Below, piece after piece: positions 31,357 to 42,815 of a stretch of 64,000 nucleotides of DNA. Location: assembly GCA_949290565.1 (NCBI GenBank), contig CASESH010000018.1, positions 1,585 to 65,584 of the forward strand, in the 5' to 3' direction. The translations under genes were made by a program, and so were the position numbers. Under the pieces are notes generated by a model. That model had not been told where the DNA came from, made no database searches, and was given only the letters and a program-made list of their open reading frames with translations. Positions within the stretch are counted from its first letter, which is position 1; the number at the start of each line of letters is the position of its first letter. This DNA comes from an uncultured Christensenella sp. GTDB taxonomy: Bacteria > Bacillota > Clostridia > Christensenellales > UBA1242.

Positions 31357-33153
31357 TTAATCTAATTTGAGAATAGTCATAAACGCCTCACTAGGAATCT
31401 CCACTGAACCGACCTGACGCATTCTCTTTTTCCCCTCCTTTTGTTTTTCAAGTAACTTACGCTTTCTAGTGATATCACCACCATAGCACTTAGCAAGAAC
31501 ATCTTTACGCATAGCCTTAACTGTTTCCCTTGCTATAACCTTTGAACCTATACACGCCTGAATTGGAAGTTCAAAAAGTTGTCTTGGAATTACTTCCTTT
31601 AACTTCTCAGCAAGGCGTTTACCTCTTTGGTAGGCGCTATCTTTATGAACAATTATACTTAAAGCATCACACTTTTCATTGTTTAATAAAATGTCAAGTT
31701 TGCACAAATCACTTTTAACATATTTATTAACCTCATAATCAAGACTTGCGTACCCTCTCGAACGAGATTTAAGACCATCAAAAAAGTCATAAACTATTTC
31801 ATTAAGTGGAATCTCATACTTTAAAACAACTCTTTGACTATCTAAGTACTGCATATCAAGATAAACCCCACGCTTGTTTTGACAAAGTTCCATAATATTT
31901 CCAACATACTCAGGTGGAGTATAAATACTGACACTAGCAATAGGTTCTTCAATTCTATTAATATCGGTAACATTTGGGAGTGCTGAGGGATTTGAAACTT
32001 CAACAACACTGCCATCAGTTTTATAAACTTTATAACTAACGCTAGGCGCAGTAGTAATAATGTCAAGATTAAACTCTCTTTCTAGCCTCTCGGTTATTAT
32101 CTCCAAATGCAACAATCCTAAGAAACCACATCTAAACCCAAAACCAAGCGCTGTCGAATTTTCTGGCGTATAATGAATTGAATCATCATTTAATTTTAAC
32201 TTTTCAAGAGCATCTTTTAAATCGTTGTACCTTGCACCATCAGTTAAAAAAATTCCACAATATACCATAGGTTTAATATCTTTATAGCCATCAAGCGGTT
32301 GACTTGTTGGATTGTCAGCATAAGTTATTGTATCTCCAACTTTTGTTTCACTAACCTTTTTTATGCTAGCGCAAATATAACCTACCATTCCACTACTTAG
32401 GCAATCAATTGGCTTTGTTTGAGGAGTGAAAACACCCACTTCGGTAACATCATAAGTTAAACCTGTTTTCATCATTTTAATCTTAGTACCTGTCTTTACT
32501 ATCCCATCAAAGACTCTAACAAGACTGACTGCACCCTTAAAATTGTCATAGTAACTATCAAAAATAAGTGCTTTAAGTGGTAAATCATCACTTCCTTTTG
32601 GACTTGGAATATTGTGAATAATAGACTCTAAAACTTTGTCGATATTTATTCCTTCCTTTGCAGAAATAAGAGGAGCGTCTTGACAAGAAATTCCAATAAT
32701 TTCTTCTATTTCCTTTTTAACTTCTTCAACTCTTGCACTTGGCAGGTCAATTTTATTGATAACAGGAATAATCGTAAGGTCATTTTCAAGAGCAAGATAA
32801 ACGTTTGCTAAGGTTTGAGCCTGAACCCCCTGAGTTGCATCAACTACTAAAATTGCTCCCTCACACGCTTTCAAAGAACGAGAAACTTCATAAGTAAAGT
32901 CAACGTGTCCGGGCGTATCTATTAAGTTAAGCATATACTCCTGCCCTTCATAATTGTAAAACATTCTAGTAGGCGTAAGTTTTATAGTAATGCCACGCTC
33001 TCTCTCAATGTCCATACTATCTAAAACTTGTTCAGTTAACTCTCTTTGAGAAAGCGTACCTGTAAATTCAATCAACCTATCAGCAAGCGTACTTTTGCCG
33101 TGGTCAATGTGCGCTATTATACAAAAGTTTCTAATATTTGCCTTCTTTATCAT
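31357..33153 (-). CDS. lepA: Translation elongation factor 4
   Basis: [49 protein letters not shown]. Confidence 0.99.
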   Translation of the reverse strand: MIKKANIRNFCIIAHIDHGKSTLADRLIEFTGTLSQRELTEQVLDSMDIERERGITIKLTPTRMFYNYEGQEYMLNLIDTPGHVDFTYEVSRSLKACEGAILVVDATQGVQAQTLANVYLALENDLTIIPVINKIDLPSARVEEVKKEIEEIIGISCQDAPLISAKEGINIDKVLESIIHNIPSPKGSDDLPLKALIFDSYYDNFKGAVSLVRVFDGIVKTGTKIKMMKTGLTYDVTEVGVFTPQTKPIDCLSSGMVGYICASIKKVSETKVGDTITYADNPTSQPLDGYKDIKPMVYCGIFLTDGARYNDLKDALEKLKLNDDSIHYTPENSTALGFGFRCGFLGLLHLEIITERLEREFNLDIITTAPSVSYKVYKTDGSVVEVSNPSALPNVTDINRIEEPIASVSIYTPPEYVGNIMELCQNKRGVYLDMQYLDSQRVVLKYEIPLNEIVYDFFDGLKSRSRGYASLDYEVNKYVKSDLCKLDILLNNEKCDALSIIVHKDSAYQRGKRLAEKLKEVIPRQLFELPIQACIGSKVIARETVKAMRKDVLAKCYGGDITRKRKLLEKQKEGKKRMRQVGSVEIPSEAFMTILKLD

Positions 33154-33470
33154 AACAATTTATTATAAAATAAGTAGTGTATAATTACAACTATTTTAAA
33201 TTAGTTTTTTAACTAAAAATAAATTATGAGTTAAAGAATTCTTAATATTTGACAGAAAAAATTCAATACGCTATTGGTTTAAGTGATTATAAAATAAATA
33301 TTTTTTTAAATTAAATTAATTTTTAAAATAAAAAAATTAAAAGCGAGAAAAAATGATAAATAGATTTGCAAAACAACAAGAATTACAAGAACTAGAAGTC
33401 AAACTAAATGAACAAATAACTTTTTGTAAAAAATTTAGTAGTAGTATTTTAACGAAAATAACTTAGTGTA

Positions 33471-33497
33471 AAAAAAGACTAGTAAAAATACTAGTCT
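33471..33497 (-). terminator. Intrinsic terminator after the GDPD gene
   Basis: aaaaaa-agactagta-aaaa-tactagtct hairpin. Confidence 0.65.
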
Positions 33498-33525
33498 AAG
33501 CAAAATAAAATAATGATTAAAAATT

Positions 33526-34260
33526 TTAAATTCTTGGAATAAAGTTTTCAAAAATAATATTGTCACAATACTTTACAACTTTCATATAGTCGCCTTGGCT
33601 TTGAACCGGCCAGACAATCAAAGGTAAATCTTTAACTTTTTTTAGGTATCTATTAGGCACTTCATCCCACTTATACGCTATAAACTGAGGATTTGCCGTT
33701 TTTTTACTAAGAGCAATTTTCCTTAACAAAATCCTTTTTATTGGACCAATTTTCTCATTTTTTAGTGATGAAGAAAGTTGACCTCTAATAATGTGAGGAG
33801 CATTTTGATAAAACCATCTAAGGCTAAAAGGATTAAAACTCATAACTGCGATATCGCCCTCATAGTCTTTTATAACCTCATAAACTCTTTTTTCAAAGTT
33901 AGTGGATATATTATTGTCCTTAATTTCAATCAAAATAGGAACTCGCCCTTTTATAAATTCAAGAGTTTCTTTTAAAGTAGGAATTTTTTGTGAACTATTA
34001 AGGAGCGTATAAGATTTTAATTCATCAATATTTTTTATATGTTTGACATAACCATCTTTTCCGGTAAGCCTATTTAGAGTTTTATCGTGAAAAACAATTG
34101 GAGTGCCATCTTCAATAGATTGAACATCTATTTCAATAGGAAATTCACCCTCAATCGCCTTTTGAAAAGATAGAATACTATTTTCAGGAGCAGTTTCATC
34201 ATGCAAACCACGATGAGCAATAAATCTATTTACAATCCAACTTTCAAAAACATTTTCCAT
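33526..34260 (-). CDS. Glycerophosphodiester phosphodiesterase family protein
   Basis: IAHRG, PENS, IEIDV, VFHD, IPTL, IEIK motifs. Confidence 0.93.
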   Translation of the reverse strand: MENVFESWIVNRFIAHRGLHDETAPENSILSFQKAIEGEFPIEIDVQSIEDGTPIVFHDKTLNRLTGKDGYVKHIKNIDELKSYTLLNSSQKIPTLKETLEFIKGRVPILIEIKDNNISTNFEKRVYEVIKDYEGDIAVMSFNPFSLRWFYQNAPHIIRGQLSSSLKNEKIGPIKRILLRKIALSKKTANPQFIAYKWDEVPNRYLKKVKDLPLIVWPVQSQGDYMKVVKYCDNIIFENFIPRI

Positions 34261-34620
34261 AATGACCTCAAAACAAAGTATTTTTATTTCTTTATAAACC
34301 TTTATTTATGAAAACTAATACTTAAATTAAGTAATTTAGTTAAATTTAACACTAGATAAGAATACAAACTGTATTTTTAGCAAAAAGTTAAAATTTTTAC
34401 TTATACAAGTTAAACTAAAAACCATTTGTAATAGTAAATTATATCACTTAATTTTCTTTTTTCAAATTAATTTGTTAAAAAAACACTTTTTTCTTAATTA
34501 ATATGTTAAAAAAAACTCAAATATTCTACTTTTTTGTAAAAAAAACAAATTAAATATGTATTATTGTAACAAATATCTAATTTTATAAAGTTTTATAAAA
34601 TAAAAGAATCAAAAATTTAT

Positions 34621-34800
34621 CAAACTTAAATAAACTTAAATAATCTTAATAAAACTTAATAAAACTTAATAATACTTAATAATACTTAATAAAACTTAAC
34701 AAATCTTAGTAAAACTTAACAAATCTTAATAAATCTTAGTAAAACTTAACAAAAGTTAACAAAACTTAACAAAAGTTAACAAAACTTAACAAAAGTTTTA
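34621..34800 (+). repeat. 10-bp tandem array A, ~18 units, consensus AAAA(C/G)TTAA(T/C)
   Basis: aaaacttaat/aaaacttaac/aaaagttaac/aaatcttagt units in exact 10-bp register. Confidence 0.95.
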
Positions 34801-34818
34801 AAAAATTTTATACTTATA

Positions 34819-36102
34819 TTACTTAATCTTATCAAATTTTTTTCTTTTTAAAAATTTTTCTTTTCCATTTTGACTAGGAATATAATACACTTTATCTTTC
34901 AAAGTTTTTGGCAAATAATCTTGTTTGACATAACCTCCAAAGTCATGAGGGTACTTATACCCTGCTGTTTTATCATCATTTATAGAGGGATGATTTTTTA
35001 AGTTATTTGGTACATTATCATCTTTTGAATTCTCAATGTCATTCTTTGCTCTCTCCATTGCAAGATAAACTGAGTTTGATTTTTCAGCCTCACAGGCGTA
35101 AATAATCGCGTGAGAAAGAGTAAGTAAACATTCAGGCAAACCTAATTTTTCACAACTATATAGCGCACAACTACTAAGCAAAAGGGCATTGCTGTCTGCC
35201 ATTCCAATATCTTCACTGCTGTGAGCAATTAAACGCCTTGCTATAATTCTAGGGTCGCAACCTGCCTTAATTAATCTATTTGACCAATACAAAGCAGCAT
35301 CAGTATCACTTCCCCTTATGCTCTTACAAAATGCCGACAACATATCATAAAACATTGTTGAATCTAAACTATAACCACCCTCACCAATACTTTGGGTTGC
35401 CACCTCTTTATTAATGACAATTTGCTTATTTTTATCAAGATTAGTTGTGTTAACAGCAAGTTCCAAACCATTTAGCGCCTGTCTTACATCTCCTCCGCTA
35501 GCAAAAGCAAAATATTCATAAGCATCTTCTTCAACAACAACGGGCAAATTACCAAGTCCCCTTTCTTTATCACTGACAGCACGCTTTAAAACGCAAATAA
35601 TATCTTCTTTTGTTATAGGTTTAAATTCAAAAACTCTACACCTTGAAACAATAGCACGAGTCATACTAGTATAAGGATTTTCAGTCGTAGAACCTATGAA
35701 AATAATATGCCCTTCTTCGATGGCTTGCAAAATACAATCACTTTGCGCTTTACTCCATCTATGGCACTCATCTAAAAACAGGTAAGTTTTTTTATTAAAC
35801 AATTCAAAGTTCTTTTTTGCTTTATCAATAATCTCTCTTGCCTCATTAACCCCACTAGAAACGGCGTTCAATTTTTCAATCTCTCCGCTTGAAGTGTTTG
35901 CAATTATATGCGCTAAGGTAGTTTTGCCCGTTCCCGGTGGTCCATAAAAAATACAACTACCTAAGACTTGCGCCCTAATTGCCCTATCCAAAAGAGAATT
36001 TTTACTAACAATATGTTTTTGTCCAACAAACTCGTCTAAGGTAGTAGGCCTCATTCTTTCACTAAGAGGTTTTTTGTTATTAAACATTGAATAATATTCC
36101 AT
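34819..36102 (-). CDS. rarA: Replication-associated recombination protein A (MgsA/RarA)
   Basis: PLSERMRP, GPPGTGKT, DECHRW, KSIRGSD, SEDIG, YKYPHD. Confidence 0.95.
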   Translation of the reverse strand: MEYYSMFNNKKPLSERMRPTTLDEFVGQKHIVSKNSLLDRAIRAQVLGSCIFYGPPGTGKTTLAHIIANTSSGEIEKLNAVSSGVNEAREIIDKAKKNFELFNKKTYLFLDECHRWSKAQSDCILQAIEEGHIIFIGSTTENPYTSMTRAIVSRCRVFEFKPITKEDIICVLKRAVSDKERGLGNLPVVVEEDAYEYFAFASGGDVRQALNGLELAVNTTNLDKNKQIVINKEVATQSIGEGGYSLDSTMFYDMLSAFCKSIRGSDTDAALYWSNRLIKAGCDPRIIARRLIAHSSEDIGMADSNALLLSSCALYSCEKLGLPECLLTLSHAIIYACEAEKSNSVYLAMERAKNDIENSKDDNVPNNLKNHPSINDDKTAGYKYPHDFGGYVKQDYLPKTLKDKVYYIPSQNGKEKFLKRKKFDKIK

Positions 36103-36455
36103 ACAAAAAATATATCACAAATTAATTTAATTGTAAACATTTGAATTTTTAAATAAAAAGATTAAAAGAGTAAACTCATATTTTTTAACTTTATTTTTAG
36201 AAATTACTAGCAACACATTTTTTAAAAAAAATTCAATTAATAACGTTTATTAAAATTTTAATACTTTAATTGATATTTAATAATCTAATAACTCAAAAAA
36301 TTTTAAATAGTTTAGTTATGTTTATAAGTTTCTTTCATATTTATATAAGTTTCATTCAAGTTGTTTAAAGTTTTTATTTTTTATTTCTTGATAAGTTTTT
36401 AAAAGTAAATTTATGTTTAATGCAAGATTTTTTTGTAAACTACAAAAATTTTTTT

Positions 36456-36492
36456 TAGGACTAGCAAATTTTGACAAATTTTTACATATATC
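36456..36492 (+). promoter_or_regulatory. Putative SigE-type promoter of sigK with overlapping SpoIIID-like box
   Basis: GCAAATT-N14-CATATAT resembles the SigE consensus; TAGGACTAGC (36456-36465) resembles the SpoIIID site AAGGACAANC. Confidence 0.5.
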
Positions 36493-36510
36493 TTACCAAG
36501 GAAGGTTTAT

Positions 36511-37212
36511 ATGATTGTTGAGAGTTTTATAGCATTTATGAATAAAATTATGCTCTTTTCTGCCTATGTGAACAACGCCTCTAATTTTCCAAAACCTCTA
36601 ACTCAGGAGCAAGAAAAAGCATATTTTGAAGCGTACAAAAAAGGAGATAAAAACGCAAAAGATAAACTCGTTTCTCACAATTTAAGGCTTGTAGTTCATG
36701 TTGCTAAAAAGTACTGTCAAACTGCCGAAAGCGATGACCTTATCAGTGTAGGTTCAATAGGACTTATTAAGGCGGTAAACACTTTTGACTACGATAAAAA
36801 TACTCAATTCTCAACTTACGCTGCAAGGTGCATAGAAAATGAAATACTTATGCTTCTTAGAGTTAATAAAAAACATATTCCCGTAATGTCGCTAAATGAA
36901 AGTTTAGGTAAAGACAAAGAAGGAAATGATGTGGCTATTCAAGATATTATTCCTGATGAAAACCAGAATGTTTCAGTCCAAGTAGAAAATCAAGTATTGA
37001 CTGAAAAACTTTTACAAATAATTAAGAAATCTCTTAGTCAAAGAGAATATGAAATTATGTGTATGAGATATGGCTTAAACAACAAACCCGTTTACACCCA
37101 AAGGGAAATTGCAAAAAAACTAAAAATTTCTCGTTCATACATAAGTAGATTAGAAAAGAAATCACTCGATATTTTAAGAGAGAAAACAAAAAAAGAAGAT
37201 GTTTATTACTAA
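36511..37212 (+). CDS. sigK: Sporulation sigma factor pro-SigK, uninterrupted
   Basis: Hydrophobic pro-peptide then YVNN...FPKPL; HNLRLVVHVAKKY, DDLISVGSIGLIKAV, TYAARCIENEILM, TQREIAKKLKISRSYISRLEKK. Confidence 0.9.
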   Translation: MIVESFIAFMNKIMLFSAYVNNASNFPKPLTQEQEKAYFEAYKKGDKNAKDKLVSHNLRLVVHVAKKYCQTAESDDLISVGSIGLIKAVNTFDYDKNTQFSTYAARCIENEILMLLRVNKKHIPVMSLNESLGKDKEGNDVAIQDIIPDENQNVSVQVENQVLTEKLLQIIKKSLSQREYEIMCMRYGLNNKPVYTQREIAKKLKISRSYISRLEKKSLDILREKTKKEDVYY

Positions 37213-37536
37213 GAGTTTTAGTAAAATAGAATGTATCATATTGCAAAAACAATTATTAAGTAGTAAAAAATAATTTTAATAAAAAAATAATAAAAAAGTT
37301 CGATAATAAATTTATAAAAAATGTATATAAATGCAATCATAAATTTTAAAAGTTCTAATAAAATCTAACATTATTTAGAAACAAAAAAATAAATAGAATT
37401 CTTAAAAAAAAGAATTTTAAATTTAAAAAAGTTGTAAAATCTCTAATAATTAAAAAAATAAAGCAGTTTATTGTTTTTTATATGATTTAAAAAGACATAA
37501 AAATAAAAAGTAAAAAATAAATCAATATTTACATAC

Positions 37537-37564
37537 TTGACAAATTATAATAAAAACTTAAAAT
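37537..37564 (+). promoter_or_regulatory. SigA promoter of rnpB
   Basis: TTGACA-N16-TAAAAT ending 6 nt before the RNA 5' end. Confidence 0.7.
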
Positions 37565-37570
37565 AAAGAC

Positions 37571-37917
37571 ATTAGGCAGACAGGTGGTCGCAGTCCAATT
37601 GTAGTGATTGGAGTGAGGAAAGTCCGAGCTTCATAGAACAGGGTGCTGAGTAACTCTCAGTGAAGGCGACTTTAAGGAAAGTGCAACAGAAATAAACAGC
37701 AAAGCAATGCTTTGCAATGGTGGAAAGGCGGAGTAAGAGCCCACCGACCGACTAGTGATAGTTGGTGCCATGTAAACCCCACCCGAAGCAAGATTAAAAA
37801 GAATCGTTATAAAGTTGTTCGCTAGATTCTTTAACAATATCGCTTGAACTATTTGGCAACAAATAGTCTAGATAGATGACCACCAAATACAGAACTCGGC
37901 TTATAGTTTGCACTAAT
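37571..37917 (+). ncRNA. rnpB: RNase P RNA (bacterial, type A-like)
   Basis: Conserved GAGGAAAGTCCG, GGAAAGTGCAACAGAA, TAAACCCC...GAAGCAAG and ACAGAACTCGGCTTA elements; 5' and 3' ends pair (P1). Confidence 0.97.
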
Positions 37918-37958
37918 CATAACTACTTGCAAGTTGCAAGTAGTTATGTTTTTATTTA
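37918..37958 (+). terminator. rnpB intrinsic terminator
   Basis: cataactacttgca-agt-tgcaagtagttatg perfect 14-bp stem followed by ttttt. Confidence 0.9.
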
Positions 37959-38294
37959 ATGTTTATATTAACTAAACCTAGTTAAGTTATTTATATAAAT
38001 TAAACACTATAAAATGAATCTTAATTTAAGTAAATCTTGTACTAATTATAAATAATTTTTAATCTACGACTTCATAATACTAAAATATTATAAAATAAAA
38101 AATGTACATATAAAATGTACATTTATAACCATTCAATTTTACAAAAAATATTTAATAAAAATTTATAGTTTTTATTTATATAATTTTTTTGATTAGTATG
38201 AAAATAAACAATAAAAAATTTTTGAAAAAAGTAAAAATTTACACAATACTAAATTCACAAATACAAAGTAAACGCTGTACTAAAAAACTAAATT

Positions 38295-40139
38295 CTAGAA
38301 TTTAGCAATCATAACGTTTAAGATAGGTTTTCTCTTTACTTTTCTACTAATGCAATTTGAAGCAAGTTTTCTAACCATGGCTTGTATTTCTTCGTCAGTG
38401 AAGTTTCTCAAATCTACATCTTTTAATTTATTAAAAATTGTTTCCTTAGCACTAGGAACGATTTTATCATATTCGTTCTCATATATAGAACCACGAGAAA
38501 CAATATCAGGTTTATCCATGATATTACCCGTTTCTAAGAGTATTTTAATAAGAATAATAACAAGTCCACTCTCACTTAAAGCCCTCCTATCTCTCATAAC
38601 CTGACAATCTGGAGTACCAACGCCCGTTCCATCTATCAAAACTGAACCGGCTTGAACAACCTTAGAAATTTTCATCATATTTTGGTTAAGTTCGACCTGC
38701 ATACCAATTTCAGGAATTATGATATTTCTTTCAGGCATACCAAGTTCGAGGGCAAGATTTTTATGATTTTTGAGGTGCCTATATTCCCCGTGAATAGGAA
38801 TAAAGAACTTAGGTTTAATGACTGAGTGAAGTATTTTAAGTTCTTCCTTATATGCGTGGCCTGAGGCGTGAACATCAGCAACTTGATTATAGATGATATT
38901 ACAATCTTTTCTATAAAGTTTGTTAATTAAATCGTTAATTTGAGTTTCATTGCCCGGAATAGGCGAAGAAGAAAGAATTACGACATCATTTTTACCGAGT
39001 TTGACCTTATTGAAAGCATCACTAGCAATTCTAGCAAGAGCACTTGCGCCCTCACCTTGTGAACCGGTAGAAATAATTACAAGATTTTTATCATCATAGT
39101 TTGCAATCTTATCAATATCAATAATTGCCTCTTTGTTACAAACAAGTTCGCCCGTTTTAAAAGCAATATCGCTAACGGTCAACATACTACGTCCGGTAAA
39201 AGCAACCTTACGATTATGCTTAATGGCAGTATTAATAATTTGTTGCAAACGATAAACATTAGAGGCAAAAGTTGCGATAATAATTCTCTCTTTTGTAAAC
39301 TTATCAAACAGTTCATCAAACGTTTTACCCACAACAGTTTCGCTAAGAGAAAAGCCTTCCCTTTCGACATTTGTACTTTCACACAAGAGCAAATCTACGC
39401 CCTTTTTACCAATTTCGGCAAGTCTTTTCATATCACAAACATTATTTTTAATGTTAAAATCAATTTTAAAATCGCCCGTATGAACAACGACTCCGGCAGG
39501 AGTGTTAATTACATAGGCGCACGCACCGGGAATTGAGTGAGTGATTGAAACATTCTCAACTACAAATTTCCCAGCATAAACAGTTGTGTTAGGTTTAATA
39601 GGTTTTAATAAAGCGCTAAGTTTACCTTGATTGTCTCTAAGTTTCTTATCAACAAGTCCAAGAGTAATAGGAGTACCATAAATAGGAGCGTTGACAATTT
39701 GTAATACATTTGCAATGCAACCAATATGGTCCTCGTGGCCGTGAGTAATAAAAATTGCCCTAAGTTTAGACTTTTTTTGTTCAAGATAAGTTAAGTCTTG
39801 AATAACCTTATCAATTCCCGGCAAACTCTCATCACCAAAAGCGTGCCCAGCATCTACCATAATCATATCGTCGCCATATTCAAATAAGGTCATATTTTTA
39901 CCAATCTCATCAATACCACCCAAGAAAGTAACTTTAAGATTATAATAACCGTGTTCTTTTCTATGTTTATGCTCTACCTCAAAATCATTATTTGACTTTG
40001 AAGTTTTAGGGAATTTTTTAACACCTTTATTCAAATTAGAATTTTTTAAAGAGTTTATATTTTGATTTTTATAATAAAATTTAGTTTGATTTTTATTGTT
40101 TTTTACTTGAAAAACTTGTTTAGTTTGATTTAATTCCAT
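38295..40139 (-). CDS. rnj: Ribonuclease J with a K/N-rich N-terminal extension
   Basis: LGGIDEIGKNM, THGHEDHIG, HTGDFK, CESTN, HASGH, PIHGEYRH; ATG at 40139 has an AAGGAG RBS. Confidence 0.96.
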   Translation of the reverse strand: MELNQTKQVFQVKNNKNQTKFYYKNQNINSLKNSNLNKGVKKFPKTSKSNNDFEVEHKHRKEHGYYNLKVTFLGGIDEIGKNMTLFEYGDDMIMVDAGHAFGDESLPGIDKVIQDLTYLEQKKSKLRAIFITHGHEDHIGCIANVLQIVNAPIYGTPITLGLVDKKLRDNQGKLSALLKPIKPNTTVYAGKFVVENVSITHSIPGACAYVINTPAGVVVHTGDFKIDFNIKNNVCDMKRLAEIGKKGVDLLLCESTNVEREGFSLSETVVGKTFDELFDKFTKERIIIATFASNVYRLQQIINTAIKHNRKVAFTGRSMLTVSDIAFKTGELVCNKEAIIDIDKIANYDDKNLVIISTGSQGEGASALARIASDAFNKVKLGKNDVVILSSSPIPGNETQINDLINKLYRKDCNIIYNQVADVHASGHAYKEELKILHSVIKPKFFIPIHGEYRHLKNHKNLALELGMPERNIIIPEIGMQVELNQNMMKISKVVQAGSVLIDGTGVGTPDCQVMRDRRALSESGLVIILIKILLETGNIMDKPDIVSRGSIYENEYDKIVPSAKETIFNKLKDVDLRNFTDEEIQAMVRKLASNCISRKVKRKPILNVMIAKF

Positions 40140-40840
40140 TTTTTCTCCTTGCAAAATAAGTATTAAAGTACACAAAAAGATTAGTTAAAACTCAATTGAA
40201 CCATAATCTAAAAACAAATTAAAGCCACAAAAAAGCATAAATATAATTAAGTTCTAAATTAATTTAAAAAATAGTTTTTATTGATAAATTTAACTAGTTT
40301 AAATATAAAAAAAGAAAGTAAATTAATTAAAACTATTAAATTCGCCAATTAGTGCATAGTATTTTATATTTTGTATGATAAAAGAAAACTTATATCTATT
40401 CCCTATTCATTAAAATAAAGGAAATAATATAAAAATATAAGATTAACTAACTCAAAATATAATCTAAAATTTTTTAAGCACTAAAAAAGAAACTAAATAA
40501 CATAGTCCTCTTTAATCACTTAAAATTTACTCATTAGTTAAAAACTAACCTCTCTAAAAAGTAAGATACCAAAAAATATCATACAAGTCAACAATTTTTT
40601 TGTTCTTTCATAAAAATTAAAGTCAAAATAAAACAACAAAATAGAGGCCACTAATTCAGTTAAAAATTTTACTTAACTATTGCAAATTAAAAAATTTATT
40701 ATAAAATGTTTTTTTTAAATCTAACTATTATTAAAGATTAAGAAAAGTTTATATAAGTTTACAAAAAATAATAAACACACTTTAAATTATTTTTATTAGA
40801 CAAAATAGTATTTAAAAGTTATCTTTATTTAATTAATCGA

Positions 40841-41785
40841 CTAAATAATGTATTTTATCTTGTTTATCTCATCTCTTTCCTCAAATGTTTTAGGAATAAC
40901 AACGTAATCTGGATAAACATAAAATCTCATACCATGACAACTGAAAAAACTGACAAGTCCAAAAATACTAAAAGTAAAAGCCGTTAAGGGTAAAGTAACT
41001 AAAAGAGAAAGAGTAAATGAAAAAACGCAGAAAATAAAATTGACAACAAAAGCGAGTAAAACAAGTAATGTGCTGGTCGAAAAGATACTCCCAAACTTTT
41101 TAAAAATACTTTTAAAATTTGTCTTAATTGAAACAAGAGGATTTTCGTTATAAACAGTAACTGCTGGCAACCAGCACGAAAAGAAAGAATATTTTAAAGC
41201 AACAAAGACAAGCAGAACTCCCAGCACGCAAATTGCTAACAAAAAGTATAAGAAGGAACCGAGCGAAACAAGTCTAATCATTAAATAAATTAATAGCAAA
41301 GTTATTGCGTTGACAGGCAAAAGTACAAAAAATCTAACAAGACTATATAGAGCACTCTTACCCAAATACTTTACAAATTTAACTGTAAAACTGTACTTTG
41401 ACTGACTTGTCATATAGCCATAAACAACTTCATTCATTGGAAGAAGTGCAAGATTAATTAGAAATGGAAAAACAAACAAAATATAAATTGCTAGAAAAAC
41501 AATATTAACATTTAGTTGAGGATTTGAGTTCAATACTGACCAAAAGTTTTCATTAACCTGCTCTATTGAAATGGCAGTTGCGTCTGGCTTTGCAAAAAAG
41601 ATATTGTCTAAAATAGCAAAAAAATCATTAAAAACATTTGCTTGATTTAGTTTATCTATTATTGGTAATGCAATAACAGTACAAACAGCAAGACTTAACA
41701 AAATACAAATAACATAATATAAAAGAACTTTCCAAACATTAGAAAAATTAGAAACAAGTAATCTAAAAGTATTTCTAAAAATCAT
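40841..41785 (-). CDS. Integral membrane protein of unknown function (314 aa)
   Basis: About 6 hydrophobic segments; no family recognised. Confidence 0.85.
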   Translation of the reverse strand: MIFRNTFRLLVSNFSNVWKVLLYYVICILLSLAVCTVIALPIIDKLNQANVFNDFFAILDNIFFAKPDATAISIEQVNENFWSVLNSNPQLNVNIVFLAIYILFVFPFLINLALLPMNEVVYGYMTSQSKYSFTVKFVKYLGKSALYSLVRFFVLLPVNAITLLLIYLMIRLVSLGSFLYFLLAICVLGVLLVFVALKYSFFSCWLPAVTVYNENPLVSIKTNFKSIFKKFGSIFSTSTLLVLLAFVVNFIFCVFSFTLSLLVTLPLTAFTFSIFGLVSFFSCHGMRFYVYPDYVVIPKTFEERDEINKIKYII

Positions 41786-42231
41786 TTACAATCTAACCTT
41801 TTAAAAATAAAAAATGTATTAAACAAAATAGAATTAGTAAACTTAATAATTCAAAATTATGTGCAAAAAACTCTCAACTCAAATTTTAATTAAAAATTTA
41901 ATAAGAAAATAAATAACACATATTTTGTATTTTATAGTATATAATTTAAACGCAAATAAATCAACTTATTTAAAATAAAATTTATTAATAAAAATGGTGT
42001 AACAAACTAAAAACTTAAAAATACTTACATATAAAGTTTTTAGTTAAAAAAATTTAACAATAAAAAGTTTTAAATTAGTTACTAAAAAACAATAAAAATT
42101 TAATAAAATAAATTATCATAAAATAATACGAAGTTAAATAAAATAATTTAATTTAAAAAAAGATTAGATTAACCTTGTTTGTATTTAACAAAGTTAATAA
42201 AGAAAAATATTTATAATTCACTAATTTAGAT

Positions 42232-42267
42232 AAAAAAAGAGAGGGCTAAAAATTCCCTCTCAAAAAA
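42232..42267 (-). terminator. Intrinsic terminator closing the phage-like module
   Basis: gagaggg-ctaaaaatt-ccctctc hairpin with U-tract on minus strand, directly after the 181-aa gene. Confidence 0.75.
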
Positions 42268-42269
42268 AT

Positions 42270-42815
42270 TTAATCATTTTTTTTATTTAACTCTTTATTT
42301 ATTTCATCAGCAATTTCATTGCTAGATATTTTTGATTTAGATTTATATTTTAACACGCCAAGTCCAACAAGAATAGAAAGCACGACAGCACAAACATCAA
42401 CAATTATGTTAACACATAAATCAACTCCAAATGACAAGCAAATTGCCTGAGTAATGGCAAGAACTGAACAAATAATTGTAATCCAAAAAGAAAGAGAATT
42501 TACTTTGTTTTTTTCTTCGATGCCTAAATCGTTTGTAATAGAATTAGAAGAATCATCATTTTCATTCATATAAGTAGTATTTGCAATTTCACTACCATAA
42601 CTTTTTGGTACTAAACGAGAAGCCGTTTTTATATTTGTCTGAACACAAGTTGTGTTGTTTAAATTATTGTTTTGATTTTGATTTATCAAAGAATTGGAAC
42701 TGTCGCTAAAATTATTAAAATTAATTTCACTTCCGTCTTCTTGCAAATTATTTAAGGAATTATCAATTATATTAGATGAAATATTATAAGAGTTATCAAG
42801 GCTATTTTTACTCAA
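42270..42815 (-). CDS. Membrane protein with N/S-rich N-terminus and two C-terminal TM helices (holin-like)
   Basis: ATGA overlap with the BhlA-like holin; 'SLSFWITIICSVLAITQAI...VLSILVGLGVL' resembles two-TM phage holins. Confidence 0.55.
   Translation of the reverse strand: MSKNSLDNSYNISSNIIDNSLNNLQEDGSEINFNNFSDSSNSLINQNQNNNLNNTTCVQTNIKTASRLVPKSYGSEIANTTYMNENDDSSNSITNDLGIEEKNKVNSLSFWITIICSVLAITQAICLSFGVDLCVNIIVDVCAVVLSILVGLGVLKYKSKSKISSNEIADEINKELNKKND

Noticed and set aside
36511..37212. skin-type interruption of sigK
   Set aside because: The ORF is continuous through regions 2 and 4 and no recombinase is nearby.
37631..37837. 68-aa minus-strand ORF
   Set aside because: Antisense shadow of the RNase P RNA gene.
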